DNA of 64,000 bases from an uncultured candidate division Zixibacteria bacterium (GCA_963806185.1 CAWDXE010000007.1:544001-608000), one strand, 5' to 3'; counted from the first letter of the stretch, positions 1 to 10,003 are shown. Translations and numbers: made by a program. The notes: a model not told the origin generated them from the sequence alone.

Positions 1-22
1 GGACAAGAAGTAAGCAGGCCCG

Positions 23-1195
23 ATGGCAGCGACCAAGAGGGACTACTACGAGATCCTGGGCGTTGATCGAGGCGCCGACGACGCCTCGATCAAATCGGCC
101 TACCGGAAGAAGGCGTTCGAGTACCATCCCGATCGCAATCCGGGGAACAAGGACTCGGAAGATCGCTTCAAAGAGGCCACCGAGGCGTACGAGATTCTCA
201 AGGATCCGGAGAAGCGGCAGATGTACGACCAGTACGGTCATGCCGGAGTCGGCCAAGGGGGCGGTTTCGGCGGCGGTTATGGCGGCGGCTTCGAAGGGTT
301 CGATATCGGTGACGCTCTGCGGGCGTTTATGCGTGACTTCGGCGGCGGCGGGAGCGGCAGTCCGTTTGACGATTTCTTCGGCGGTTCATCAGGACGCCGA
401 CAGTCGAACCGGGGTGAGGACCTTCGCGTTCGCATTCCGCTGACGCTGGAAGAGATTGCCACGGGGACGGAGAAGACACTGAAGGTCAATAGGCTGGTGC
501 GGTGCGACACGTGCGACGGTTCGGGGGTTGCGGCAGGTTCATCGCGGCGAACTTGTCCTCAATGCAAGGGGCACGGGCAAGTCCGCTCGGTGACGAGAAC
601 ATTTCTCGGGACTATCCAGCAGGTGACGACCTGTTCCGTTTGCCGAGGAACGGGAGAAATCATCGCTGATCCGTGTCCGTCGTGTCGTGGTGAAGGGCGC
701 CACCAGGGATCATCAAAGGTTACCATGAAAGTACCTCCGGGGGTGGCGAGCGGCAATTATATGACGGTCGAGAGTATGGGGAACGCAGCTCGACAGAATG
801 GCGAGCCGGGGGATTTGGTGGCCGTGTTTGACGAGATTGCACACGAGTCGTTTTCGCGCCATGGTGATAATATTCTTCTGGAAATGCCCATTTCATTCAC
901 GATGGCGGCCATGGGGGGCGAGATCGTCGTGCCGACGCTGGCGGGTGAGACGACGCTGAAGATTCCGTCGGGTACGCAATCCGGGAAGATGCTCAAGCTG
1001 CGCGGTAAGGGCATCCCGCATCTTCACCAACAGGGGAAGGGGGATCAGCTCGTGCAGGTGGTCGTGTGGGTGCCGACCAAGTTATCAGGGGAGGACAGAA
1101 AGCTTCTGGAGAAACTCGATCAAGCCGAGTCATTTCGACCGCCAAAAGCAGATCGTTCATTTTTCGAAAAGCTCAGGGAGACATTGGGGGTATAG
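23..1195 (+). CDS. dnaJ: Chaperone DnaJ
   Basis: J-domain with HPD motif, G/F-rich region, four CxxCxGxG repeats. Confidence 0.98.
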   Translation: MAATKRDYYEILGVDRGADDASIKSAYRKKAFEYHPDRNPGNKDSEDRFKEATEAYEILKDPEKRQMYDQYGHAGVGQGGGFGGGYGGGFEGFDIGDALRAFMRDFGGGGSGSPFDDFFGGSSGRRQSNRGEDLRVRIPLTLEEIATGTEKTLKVNRLVRCDTCDGSGVAAGSSRRTCPQCKGHGQVRSVTRTFLGTIQQVTTCSVCRGTGEIIADPCPSCRGEGRHQGSSKVTMKVPPGVASGNYMTVESMGNAARQNGEPGDLVAVFDEIAHESFSRHGDNILLEMPISFTMAAMGGEIVVPTLAGETTLKIPSGTQSGKMLKLRGKGIPHLHQQGKGDQLVQVVVWVPTKLSGEDRKLLEKLDQAESFRPPKADRSFFEKLRETLGV

Positions 1196-1200
1196 GCAGT

Positions 1201-2076
1201 ATGACAACGACGGCGCAGCGATATATAGAAATGAAACTGGACGTGCCACGCGCCCAATCGGATGCGGTGTGCAATTTCATAATCGATAACATCACCAATG
1301 GCATTGTGCTGGAAGAGGAAGATGGCGCGACGACGGTAGGGATCGGATTCTATGTCGGGGCCGACGATCCCACCGACCACAAAGGAGCCCTGCGAGATTA
1401 CCTTGCCCAGGTTCTCGGGCCGGGGAGCGAAGTACCGTTTATCCGCGAGAAACTGGTCGCGGAAGTGGAGTGGGTGGAACAATACAAGCAATCGGTGCAT
1501 CCGGTCGTGATCGGCAAGGATGTCGTTGTGCGGCCTACCTGGCATGAGGCGCCGTTCCAGACGCCATACGATATTGTGATCGAGCCCAAGATGGCGTTCG
1601 GCACGGGGACGCATGAAACGACGCGCAGTTGTCTCATTATCATTCGTAATAATTTTTCGACCGGGATGCGGTTCCTGGATTTTGGCTGTGGCTCCGGTAT
1701 TCTCTCCGTGCTGGCCGATAAAATGGGTGCATCGTATATTAAAGCCATAGACTACGATGTGGTGGCAGTCGAAAATTGTGTCGAGAACTTCGGCATCAAT
1801 AAGGTCAAGGCGCCGAACGACGTGAAGTTCGGTTCGCTCGAAAAGGCGATGGGCGATCCGGTCTATCAGTTCGTGTGCGCGAATATTATCAAGAGCACAA
1901 TTCTCCCGCAACTGTCGAATCTCCGGAATCTGACAGCCGACGGTGGGTGTCTGGTCTTGTCCGGGCTTCTGGATCAGGACGAAACAGACGTGAATGCCGC
2001 TCTGGCCGCGCTGAATATCACCGCATATGACATCCTTCGTGATGAAAAATGGCTGACCTACACTATTCGTAAATGA
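1201..2076 (+). CDS. prmA: Ribosomal protein L11 methyltransferase
   Basis: IEPKMAFGTGTHETT and LDFGCGSGILS motifs; follows dnaJ; start moved to ATG 1201 to avoid overlap. Confidence 0.95.
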   Translation: MTTTAQRYIEMKLDVPRAQSDAVCNFIIDNITNGIVLEEEDGATTVGIGFYVGADDPTDHKGALRDYLAQVLGPGSEVPFIREKLVAEVEWVEQYKQSVHPVVIGKDVVVRPTWHEAPFQTPYDIVIEPKMAFGTGTHETTRSCLIIIRNNFSTGMRFLDFGCGSGILSVLADKMGASYIKAIDYDVVAVENCVENFGINKVKAPNDVKFGSLEKAMGDPVYQFVCANIIKSTILPQLSNLRNLTADGGCLVLSGLLDQDETDVNAALAALNITAYDILRDEKWLTYTIRK

Positions 2077-2082
2077 GCCGAC

Positions 2083-2832
2083 ATGCCGCAAACGCCGTTA
2101 CTTTACGCCCCGCCGGAAGCCGTACGCGATGATTTGATTTTGTTACCGAGCAGCGAGGCGCATCATGTGGCGACCGTGCTCCGCATGGGCATCGGCGAAC
2201 CGGTGACGGTTGTCGACGGGCTGGGGGTGGCCTACGACGGCGAAATCCGATCCATCGAAAAAAAGGCGGTTACCGTGGCCGTGCGGACAATCGTTCGCAA
2301 TTACGGCGAGCCGTTCGTACGGTTGACGCTGGCAGCGGGGATGTCGGCCGGGGAGAAGTTTGACACGGTTGTGGAAAAGGGGACGGAGGTCGGTGTCAGC
2401 CGATTCGTGCCGGTCATCTCTGAAAAGACGAAAGTGAGATTTGACGACGACAAGCGCGTCATCAATCGAGTTGAGCGTCTCGAAAAAGTCGCGCTGGCGG
2501 CGATGAAGCAGTGTCGACGATCGTATCGTCCCGATATTTCCCAGCCTCTCACGATGCGTGAATACCTGCAGGAGAGTGTTGACGCCGAGCTGAAATTGAT
2601 CTTTCATCCGTCGGAACGGGCAATGGCACTGTCCAAAGTGGTCCCCAAAGGAGCGCCGAAACGGGTGGCCGTGCTGGTAGGGCCGGAGTCCGGATTTTCC
2701 CCTGTCGAGGTCGAATTGGCGACGGAGTCCGGATTTCTGCCGGTACATTTGGGCCGACGAATCCTGCGGGCTGAGACGGCTGGTCCGGTGGCAGTGGCGC
2801 TGGTGATGTATCGCCTGGGCGAGTTCAGCTAA
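2083..2832 (+). CDS. rsmE: 16S rRNA m3U1498 methyltransferase
   Basis: HHVATVLR, EKGTEVGV, VGPESGFS and LGRRILRAETA motifs; dnaJ-prmA-rsmE synteny. Confidence 0.95.
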   Translation: MPQTPLLYAPPEAVRDDLILLPSSEAHHVATVLRMGIGEPVTVVDGLGVAYDGEIRSIEKKAVTVAVRTIVRNYGEPFVRLTLAAGMSAGEKFDTVVEKGTEVGVSRFVPVISEKTKVRFDDDKRVINRVERLEKVALAAMKQCRRSYRPDISQPLTMREYLQESVDAELKLIFHPSERAMALSKVVPKGAPKRVAVLVGPESGFSPVEVELATESGFLPVHLGRRILRAETAGPVAVALVMYRLGEFS

Positions 2833-2851
2833 AACCGTTCATTGCCGATAA
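2825..2851 (+). promoter_or_regulatory. Sigma28 (FliA/SigD)-like promoter upstream of pilD
   Basis: TCAG-N15-GCCGATAA; the -10 element matches consensus exactly. Confidence 0.5.
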
Positions 2852-2861
2852 TCTATCTATC

Positions 2862-3644
2862 ATGGAATCATATCATCTGGTGCTGGTGGGGCTGTTTGGC
2901 CTCGTGATCGGTTCGTTCCTAAACGTGCTCATTTACCGCCTTCCGCGTAAGAAGGGGCTGGTGCTGGAGCGGTCGATCTGTCCTCACTGCTCGACCCAAT
3001 TGCGGTGGTATCACAACGTGCCGGTGCTCAGTTACCTGGCGCTTCGCGGAAAGTGCGCCTTCTGTCACAAATCCATTTCGCCAAGATACCCACTGGTGGA
3101 GCTGCTGAATGCCGTCGGGTATGTGTACTTCTTCCTGGGCTCAGGACCGACGCTCGGCTTCATGGTGGGCGCATTTCTGACGTCGGCTCTGCTGGTCGTC
3201 TTTTTCATCGATCTGGATTTTCAGATTATACCCGACGTGATCACGTTGCCGGGAATAGCTCTCGGCCTGCTGGTCTCGTTTCTGCCGAACGGCATCGGTA
3301 TCGTGCAGTCAATCATCGGCGTTCTCGTGGGTGGCGGATCACTCTACCTGATAGCCATGCTGGGCGACTGGCTGTTCAAGAAGGAATCAATGGGTGGCGG
3401 TGATATCAAGCTGACGGCCATGCTCGGGGCCTTCCTGGGATGGCAAAAGGTTGTGTTCATATTCATCGGTTCCGCGGCCATCGGGCTCGTGGTGTCGGTT
3501 GTTATCCTGGCTTTCTCGAAGGCGCTGCGGGAACATCGAATGATACCATTCGGCCCGTTCCTGGCGACCGCGGCCGTCATTGCCATTATTTATGGCGACC
3601 GGATTATCGAATTCTATATCTCCCACTTCCTGATGGGCAGATAG
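2862..3644 (+). CDS. pilD: Prepilin peptidase / N-methyltransferase (A24)
   Basis: GSFLNVLIYRLP, two CxxC pairs, FID and MGGGDIKL aspartate motifs, IPFGPFL. Confidence 0.96.
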   Translation: MESYHLVLVGLFGLVIGSFLNVLIYRLPRKKGLVLERSICPHCSTQLRWYHNVPVLSYLALRGKCAFCHKSISPRYPLVELLNAVGYVYFFLGSGPTLGFMVGAFLTSALLVVFFIDLDFQIIPDVITLPGIALGLLVSFLPNGIGIVQSIIGVLVGGGSLYLIAMLGDWLFKKESMGGGDIKLTAMLGAFLGWQKVVFIFIGSAAIGLVVSVVILAFSKALREHRMIPFGPFLATAAVIAIIYGDRIIEFYISHFLMGR

Positions 3645-3657
3645 CGCAATCTCCGTC

Positions 3658-3684
3658 TAAACGAGGACCTGTTTCTTCCGATAC
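3658..3684 (+). promoter_or_regulatory. Sigma28-like promoter upstream of histidine kinase
   Basis: TAAA-N15-TCCGATAC, 10 nt before ATG 3695. Confidence 0.5.
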
Positions 3685-3694
3685 TACGAGTATC

Positions 3695-5530
3695 ATGTTG
3701 AAGCAGGGTAAGAAGTTTGAGCACGAGGTTCACCTGGGATTTCTGGTGATCGTTTTCGTGTTGCTTCTGCTCAATGTCGTTGCCAACTACGTAGTCTACC
3801 GGGCGCGGGCGACGCAGCATGAAACGTGGTCATCCCAGTTCGGAACGGCGGCACTGGCGGCCAGCCGTGAAGTGGCACAGCAGTGGCCGGCTCAATTGAC
3901 CAATGAACAAATCGCCCGACTCACCGGACAGTATGAGTTGACCGGAATTGTGGTAGTGCGCTCCCAGCCTCAGGCGGACAGCCTGGAGGCGCGGCGGGAG
4001 TGGTTTGCCTCGGTCGTGTGGCAACTTCCTCATGACCAGGTGCCGCAGTTTGTCGAGAAGCTGATCCTGTCGGACTACTCGCGAGTGACCCGAGGGAGCA
4101 AGAATGAGTACTTCTTTGTGTATCCGACGGCCGGCGCAGGGGGGAGCCTCGTAATTCTCTCCGCGAATATCCCAGAGTTGGCGTTTCTTGATGATTCGGC
4201 AAACGTGCTTTTGTATTTCGGTCTCGGAGCGCTCGCCCTGGTGACCCTCGTGTATCTGGTGCTGTCGCGCTATATCTTTTCGCCGTTCAGACGGATCAAG
4301 GCCGAAGCGCTGAAAGCCGGGAGGAGTGTGGATCTGGGCGATGACGACGCCGAAGCGCTGGTGGCGGAGTATCGTTCGATCATCAGGGAATTGCAGCGAA
4401 ACGAGACGGAGCTGCGGCGGCTCAATGACGAAATTACCCGGCGCGCCGACTCGCTGGAACATCTCCATCAATCCATGTTGCGGTCTATGCAAATCGGATT
4501 AGTGACGCTGAACGCCAGGGAGACCGTGATCGAGGTAAACGAGGTAGCGGCGAGGATGCTGGGGACCGATGACAGTGCCGTGGGCAGACGTTTCGAGGAC
4601 GTAGTGCCAAACCTGGAGCCGCTTCACAAATCTGCCCGGCAGGCGTTACAGGCGGGTGTCGTTGGCGGGTACCGCGAGCTGGCCGTGGGAGCGCACATGG
4701 ACCGTCGAACGGCGACGTGGGGAGTGACGCTTTCACTGATAAAAGATCAGGATGACAAGCTGATGGGGCTGTCAATCTGGATGGCCGATATCAGCGAACT
4801 GGTTCAACTTCGCGGCGAAGTCGAAAGCAAGAACCGGCTGGCGGCATTGGGCGAGATGGCCTCCGGGCTGGCGCACCAATTGCGAAATTCACTGGGGGCG
4901 ATTTCCGGTTACGGGACCTTGGTGAAGAAGCGGCTGGTGAAGGCGGAGATTCCGGTTGACCAGGCGGAGTCGCTGCTGGACGAATCGCGCCAGGCGGAGA
5001 GCCTGATCAGTCGCTTTCTGACCTTTGCCCGACCGTTCGACTATTCACCAACAGGGGTGAGGCTCGATGATCTGTTGGTTCAGATTGTGGAATCGTTCAC
5101 TGTCCGTGATGACTGTCGGTTAGTGACAGTGGAGACGGATCTCAGGGCAAAGGCGACTATCGCGGCTGACGCCCTGCTGCTGAAGCAGGCGATTGGGAAT
5201 CTTCTGGACAATGCGGCCAACGCCTACGCCGATCGTCGAGGTGTGATCCGCGTCACGTCAACGCTGCAGAACGGCGGCGTGTCGATATGTATCGCGGATG
5301 AAGGCGAGGGAATCGCCGCTGACAAACTGGACCGGATTTTCACGCCGTTTTACTCCTCACGCTCGCTGGGGACCGGACTGGGGTTACCACTGGTGCGCAA
5401 GATCGTCGATCTGCATCAGGGTCGAATCACGGTTGAGAGCGCAGAAGGCCGGGGCACGCGCTTCACCCTGATATTCCCTGTGGCCGAGTATAGCGAATCG
5501 GTTTCGCCTTCCCTTCATTCTACGCGCTAA
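3695..5530 (+). CDS. Membrane PAS-domain sensor histidine kinase
   Basis: Two TM segments, PAS-like region, H-box LAHQLRNSL, N-box NLLDNA, DEGEG, FTPFYS and GTGLGL; start set at ATG 3695. Confidence 0.92.
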   Translation: MLKQGKKFEHEVHLGFLVIVFVLLLLNVVANYVVYRARATQHETWSSQFGTAALAASREVAQQWPAQLTNEQIARLTGQYELTGIVVVRSQPQADSLEARREWFASVVWQLPHDQVPQFVEKLILSDYSRVTRGSKNEYFFVYPTAGAGGSLVILSANIPELAFLDDSANVLLYFGLGALALVTLVYLVLSRYIFSPFRRIKAEALKAGRSVDLGDDDAEALVAEYRSIIRELQRNETELRRLNDEITRRADSLEHLHQSMLRSMQIGLVTLNARETVIEVNEVAARMLGTDDSAVGRRFEDVVPNLEPLHKSARQALQAGVVGGYRELAVGAHMDRRTATWGVTLSLIKDQDDKLMGLSIWMADISELVQLRGEVESKNRLAALGEMASGLAHQLRNSLGAISGYGTLVKKRLVKAEIPVDQAESLLDESRQAESLISRFLTFARPFDYSPTGVRLDDLLVQIVESFTVRDDCRLVTVETDLRAKATIAADALLLKQAIGNLLDNAANAYADRRGVIRVTSTLQNGGVSICIADEGEGIAADKLDRIFTPFYSSRSLGTGLGLPLVRKIVDLHQGRITVESAEGRGTRFTLIFPVAEYSESVSPSLHSTR

Positions 5531-5590
5531 ATTTCCTCTTGGGGAATCGACCAAAGCTGTTATATTACCGGTCGCTTTCCAGGAGGTTAC

Positions 5591-6151
5591 ATGTATTCGG
5601 TATCAGATTTTAGACGCGGCCTGCCCATATTGGTCGAAGACCAGCCCTATTACATTGTTGAGTATCAGCACTTTAAGATGGGGCGCGGAGGGGCCAACAT
5701 TCGTACCAAGCTCAAACACATTATCACCGGACAAGTGGTTGAAAAGGTGTTCGGTACCAAGGATACGTTTAAACCGCCCGATCTGGAAAACCGGAAGTTT
5801 CAATACATGTACGAAAGCGGCGGCGAATACGCTTTTATGGACAGCAAGACGTTTGATCAGATCACGATTGCCGACGAAGGTCTGGGCGATTCCAAGTGGT
5901 ATCTGCTTGAACATCAGGAATACATCATTCAATTCCTCAACGGCCGTCCGATCAATGTCGACCTGCCGGCCTCTGTCGTGCTGAAGGTTATCGAGACCGA
6001 GCCGATCGTGCGCGGTGATACGGTGAGCAATGTGACCAAACCGGCAAAACTGCAGACCGGTCTGGAGGTGCGCGTGCCGCCGTTTATCAAAGAGGGCGAC
6101 ATGGTCAAAGTCGACACGCGCAGCGGTGAATACCTGGAGCGCGCCAACTGA
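5591..6151 (+). CDS. efp: Elongation factor P
   Basis: QHFKMGRGGA, RGDTVS and VPPFIKEGD...VDTRSGEYLER motifs; AGGAGG RBS. Confidence 0.97.
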   Translation: MYSVSDFRRGLPILVEDQPYYIVEYQHFKMGRGGANIRTKLKHIITGQVVEKVFGTKDTFKPPDLENRKFQYMYESGGEYAFMDSKTFDQITIADEGLGDSKWYLLEHQEYIIQFLNGRPINVDLPASVVLKVIETEPIVRGDTVSNVTKPAKLQTGLEVRVPPFIKEGDMVKVDTRSGEYLERAN

Positions 6152-6807
6152 TGAAGGCATCCCCGCCGCGGATCATCGGGGTCGATGAATCGGGCAAGGG
6201 AGACTTTTTCGGACCGCTGGTGATTGCCGGCGTGCTGGTTGCGGCCGAAGACCACGAGGCGCTAAAAGCGCTCGGAGTTCGCGATGGCAAGACCATTGCC
6301 GACAAGAAACTGATGGGGATCGATGAGCAGATTCGCTCGTCGTATCCCCATTCGCTAGTCTGCTATCCCCCAAAAGACTACAATGCGAAGTGGCAGGCAA
6401 TTCGCAATTTGAATCTGCTGCTGGCCGAAGGGCACGTTGCGGCGATCACGAAGATCCTGGAGTCCCATGAGGCGGACCTGGCGATTTCCGACAAATTCGG
6501 CAAGCCGGAGTTGATCGAGAAAGAGATGCGGCGGCGGAAGTGCGAACTGCCGATCGAGCAAATTGTCCGTGGTGAGGCGGAATTGGCGGTGGCGGCTGCC
6601 TCGATCGTGGCGCGAGCCGGGTTCCTGCGATTGCTTGCCGCTCTGTCGAAGCAGTATGATATGGCCCTGCCCAAAGGGGCCGGAGCGCCGGTGGATGCTG
6701 CGGGGCGGCAGTTTGTGCATCGTTACGGTGCTGCGGAACTGGAGCAGGTTGCCAAGGTGCATTTCAAGAATTTCGTCCGCGTCGCCAATCCCTCGCTGGC
6801 CATCTGA
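6151..6807 (+). CDS. rnhC: Ribonuclease HIII (catalytic domain only)
   Basis: IGVDESGKGDFFGPLV, VAAASIVAR, LPKGAG and AKVHFKN motifs. Confidence 0.88.
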   Translation: MKASPPRIIGVDESGKGDFFGPLVIAGVLVAAEDHEALKALGVRDGKTIADKKLMGIDEQIRSSYPHSLVCYPPKDYNAKWQAIRNLNLLLAEGHVAAITKILESHEADLAISDKFGKPELIEKEMRRRKCELPIEQIVRGEAELAVAAASIVARAGFLRLLAALSKQYDMALPKGAGAPVDAAGRQFVHRYGAAELEQVAKVHFKNFVRVANPSLAI

Positions 6808-6837
6808 ATAAAAAAGCCGGGTTGAACCCGGCTTCTT
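6808..6837. terminator. Intrinsic terminator between convergent genes
   Basis: AAGCCGGG-ttgaa-CCCGGCTT hairpin with flanking A-run (U tract on minus strand). Confidence 0.8.
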
Positions 6838-6862
6838 ACAACGCTACAGCAGATACAACGAT

Positions 6863-7579
6863 CTAGCGACTGTAGCTGATCAATTCTCCATTTATCTGAC
6901 CGTTAGGCAGCGTCGGCGTCGCTCCCAGAACGTATTTGACAATGCCGATGCCGGGTGCGTACCAGTAGTAGTTTGAGGTGCCATTGCTGTTGTCGTTTCT
7001 CACTTTGACGGTGCCGGAATAGTAACTGCCGTGCACCAGTTGAATGCCCTCGATCGAAGCAACGGTCAAGGTTGAGTTCCCCTCGACAAAAAAGTTCGAC
7101 GAAAGGGTGACGCCTCCTCCGCCGCCACCGCCGGTGCCGGACGTATCGATGCCGGTGCCGATGGTAATGGTGTCCTGAACCTCATCAGAAAGCGACCAGG
7201 AGTTGCCGACCGTAGGCGGGTAGGCCAGCATCCTCTCCGTCGATGCGCCAAGCCACTCAACGAAGAAGAGCCCGTTTGCCGCCTCAAAGAAATAGCTGGT
7301 GTCAATAGCGCCGGTCGATTCTTTCTTAATCCAGCGATAGGTCTGACGCCCCTTGTAGTCGAGCGGCTTGCCGACCGTGTAGGAAAGCGTGCTCGATGAG
7401 CCGTTGGCATTATCGATGCGGTAGGTTGTCGTCAACCCCGGATCAAGGGGGAAGTACTGATTGACGGCAGTCTGGTCTTCACCAGGCTTGGAAACGTTTT
7501 CCACCGGGCTCGAGCAGCCGAGGTATAGGGCAATGGCGGCGATGAGCAAAGTGGAACAGTAGATGAAACGCGCAGTCAT
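6863..7579 (-). CDS. Hypothetical lipoprotein
   Basis: Signal peptide ending LYLGC, beta-rich, C-terminal YWYAPGIGIVK; GGAGG RBS. Confidence 0.75.
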   Translation of the reverse strand: MTARFIYCSTLLIAAIALYLGCSSPVENVSKPGEDQTAVNQYFPLDPGLTTTYRIDNANGSSSTLSYTVGKPLDYKGRQTYRWIKKESTGAIDTSYFFEAANGLFFVEWLGASTERMLAYPPTVGNSWSLSDEVQDTITIGTGIDTSGTGGGGGGGVTLSSNFFVEGNSTLTVASIEGIQLVHGSYYSGTVKVRNDNSNGTSNYYWYAPGIGIVKYVLGATPTLPNGQINGELISYSR

Positions 7580-7638
7580 GTGTGTCCTCCGTGTTCCGCC
7601 GAGGGCGGTTCGAAACGAATGTTATCGAGGGCAAGGAG

Positions 7639-7654
7639 TGCAAGTCGGATGCCC
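7639..7654 (-). promoter_or_regulatory. Sigma54 (-24/-12) promoter candidate
   Basis: GGGCATCCGACTTGCA on minus strand (GG-N10-GC with TTGCA), about 60 nt upstream of the lipoprotein. Confidence 0.55.
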
Positions 7655-7859
7655 GGAAATCGACCCTCTCATAACCGATTTATCAACAATCGCTTGCGCA
7701 GAGGGAGGGGAATTGACGAAGTTAGGTCTGCAGACTAACCTGTTGGATCGTGACCATGCTGGCTTGGCCGGGGTCTTGTCGTGAAGCCGGCTAAGCGTCT
7801 ATGGGATTTTGCCGATACTTTGGTTGGATAGGCCTGTGTTCCAACCATTTGAGGACGTG

Positions 7860-9890
7860 ATGAGATTTGAGCAAGCGTACTGGGCAGCGGCCGTATTCCT
7901 GGTAACGGCGCTCGTGCTGATCCTGAGATTTCGCAGACAGATTTCGGAGATAGATCGTCGCAGTTATGCCTTAATTGTCGCCGGCGTAGGGCTGCTTCTT
8001 CTGGCGTCGATAATGCAGATCGGCCGTGATTACCTGCCGGTTACCGCCGCGACTATGATGCCGCCGGCACTGTTTGTCCAACTGGTGTGGGGTATCATCG
8101 GCATCACGGGCCTTTCGTTAATGCTGATCGGCGTGACGAACTGGGTGCCGCTGGTGCGACGTCATCGCCAATTCAACGATGAGCGGTTCGGGCGGCTGAA
8201 TCTGCTTCGCCATCTGGAGCAGTTACTCACGGTGGAGCATCGCCTCGACGTCATTCTGACCAACACCCTCGAGAGTATTATCACACAGTACAATTTCTCT
8301 GCCGGATCGGTGCACAAGATAAGCGCCCGCGGCCGGAGAGTGCAGTTGACCGGGGCGAAGGGGATGTCATTCGAAGATGAGACGGAACTGCTGACGATGG
8401 CTTTCGAAGAGGATCGTTGGCTCGAATCCCGATCGAAACAATCGGCGCAGACGGTGACCGGTTTTTCCGGATTTCCCGAGGCTCTCGGACTACCCTGGAA
8501 GTGCCTGCCGGTGCTGGTCGATGATCGCGCCGTGGTCGTGTTTCTGTTCTGGGTTGATCGCTCATCATCTTTCACCGGTGAAGACGCACAGATCTTTTCG
8601 ATCATCGGAGACATTCTCTCTCGCAAGATCGCGGCCGATAGAGAGAGCTTCGCGCATCTCAATGCGATTTCCCGATTGTCATGGCGCAACCGGTTGGACG
8701 GCTGCTATAGCGGACGGCGTGACCTCAAGGAGAATCTGAAGGCGCTGGTCGAGCGACTGAGAGAGCAGCTCACGGTGGAGATTGCGTCACTGACCATTTT
8801 GCGCGATGATCGATCGGCCGCCCGGGCGACGGTCACGGCGAACGGCGCCTCGCTGATAGAACCGCGCGTCGAAGTGGGCGGTACCCGATCGCTGACGAGG
8901 CACGTGCTGTCGGGTGGTGAACCGGTGCTCATCACGGATACGAGAAAGAAAATGACGCTGGCGATTGAATCAGCCATGGGCGGCGAGTCGGTGCGATCCT
9001 TGATCGCGCAGCCTATCTCGGTGGATGCCGAGCCGTGCGGCATGCTCGTACTGGCCTCCACTGAGACGGATCGGTATACAAAATCGGACATTGGCATGCT
9101 CTCGACAATCGGGCCGGTGCTTGCGATGATGATTCGGGACTGGCGGCGCGCCGAGCGAGAGAGCAGAATTGTGGCGGCGGTCGGGCGGCTGGTGGCCGCG
9201 ACTGACGTGGCCGTCGTGGACAGCGAAACTGATCCGGTGTTCGGCGAAATGGCCGAGACGCTGCACGATATGCTCGGCATCGCGGCTGTGCGGATCATGA
9301 CGGTGAAAGACAATCGGGAAGCGCTGGAATCGCAGTCGTTGTATACTTCCGGGGATCTGAGGCTGGCTTTGGGGGCGACTGAAAGCATCGACATGGCATT
9401 GCTGCCGGCACATGGTGATGTGGTGAAGCGCGCGGCCATGCTGACCGCCATCCCGGCGATGCGGATCGACAGCGTCGAGGCGCGGCAGGTATACGGGTGC
9501 GAGGTTCAGCTGGCCCGAATCGAACCGGTGTTGTTGCATGGACGGGTGATTGCCCTGATCTCAGTCGGTGTTCAATCAGCCGTGCTTCCGGCCCACACCG
9601 ACAAATGGCTTCATATTGTGTCGCGGCTTCTGACCATTGCCGTGCTCACGGCCCGAAGACCGGGAGCGGGCAAATTGTCAATGTCTGATCGGATTCTGCG
9701 TGCCAAAAGCGGCGAACTGCGCATGCGCAGCAAGATGAAATCGTCGCTTACAGGGATCCTTGGATCACTGGAGATACTCAAGTCACAGTCGGGTCAGGAA
9801 GAGGGGAATCTGGAGAGGTACCTGTCGATTATTGATCGATCGGCCCGTCGACTCCAGACCTACCTGGAGGGGGCGCGAGAGACTGAGTAG
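7860..9890 (+). CDS. Membrane multi-GAF signalling protein with C-terminal HisKA-like helices
   Basis: Three N-terminal TMs, GAF-like segments (VRSLIAQPI), C-terminal SSLTGILGSLEIL...YLSIIDRSARRL, no ATPase domain; GAGGA RBS before ATG 7860. Confidence 0.7.
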   Translation: MRFEQAYWAAAVFLVTALVLILRFRRQISEIDRRSYALIVAGVGLLLLASIMQIGRDYLPVTAATMMPPALFVQLVWGIIGITGLSLMLIGVTNWVPLVRRHRQFNDERFGRLNLLRHLEQLLTVEHRLDVILTNTLESIITQYNFSAGSVHKISARGRRVQLTGAKGMSFEDETELLTMAFEEDRWLESRSKQSAQTVTGFSGFPEALGLPWKCLPVLVDDRAVVVFLFWVDRSSSFTGEDAQIFSIIGDILSRKIAADRESFAHLNAISRLSWRNRLDGCYSGRRDLKENLKALVERLREQLTVEIASLTILRDDRSAARATVTANGASLIEPRVEVGGTRSLTRHVLSGGEPVLITDTRKKMTLAIESAMGGESVRSLIAQPISVDAEPCGMLVLASTETDRYTKSDIGMLSTIGPVLAMMIRDWRRAERESRIVAAVGRLVAATDVAVVDSETDPVFGEMAETLHDMLGIAAVRIMTVKDNREALESQSLYTSGDLRLALGATESIDMALLPAHGDVVKRAAMLTAIPAMRIDSVEARQVYGCEVQLARIEPVLLHGRVIALISVGVQSAVLPAHTDKWLHIVSRLLTIAVLTARRPGAGKLSMSDRILRAKSGELRMRSKMKSSLTGILGSLEILKSQSGQEEGNLERYLSIIDRSARRLQTYLEGARETE

Positions 9891-9974
9891 TCACACATGT
9901 ATCTTGTTGTTGTTTAGCGTATTGCGTCAATCAATTAGAGTTGATTGTCCGTTGAAGCCGCCGGTGAATCGATC

Positions 9975-10003
9975 TTGCCCTGGCGGCTGTTTCATAGTAT
10001 ATT
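9975..10003 (+). promoter_or_regulatory. Sigma70 promoter of rib operon
   Basis: TTGCCC-N17-TATATT immediately upstream of the riboswitch. Confidence 0.6.
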
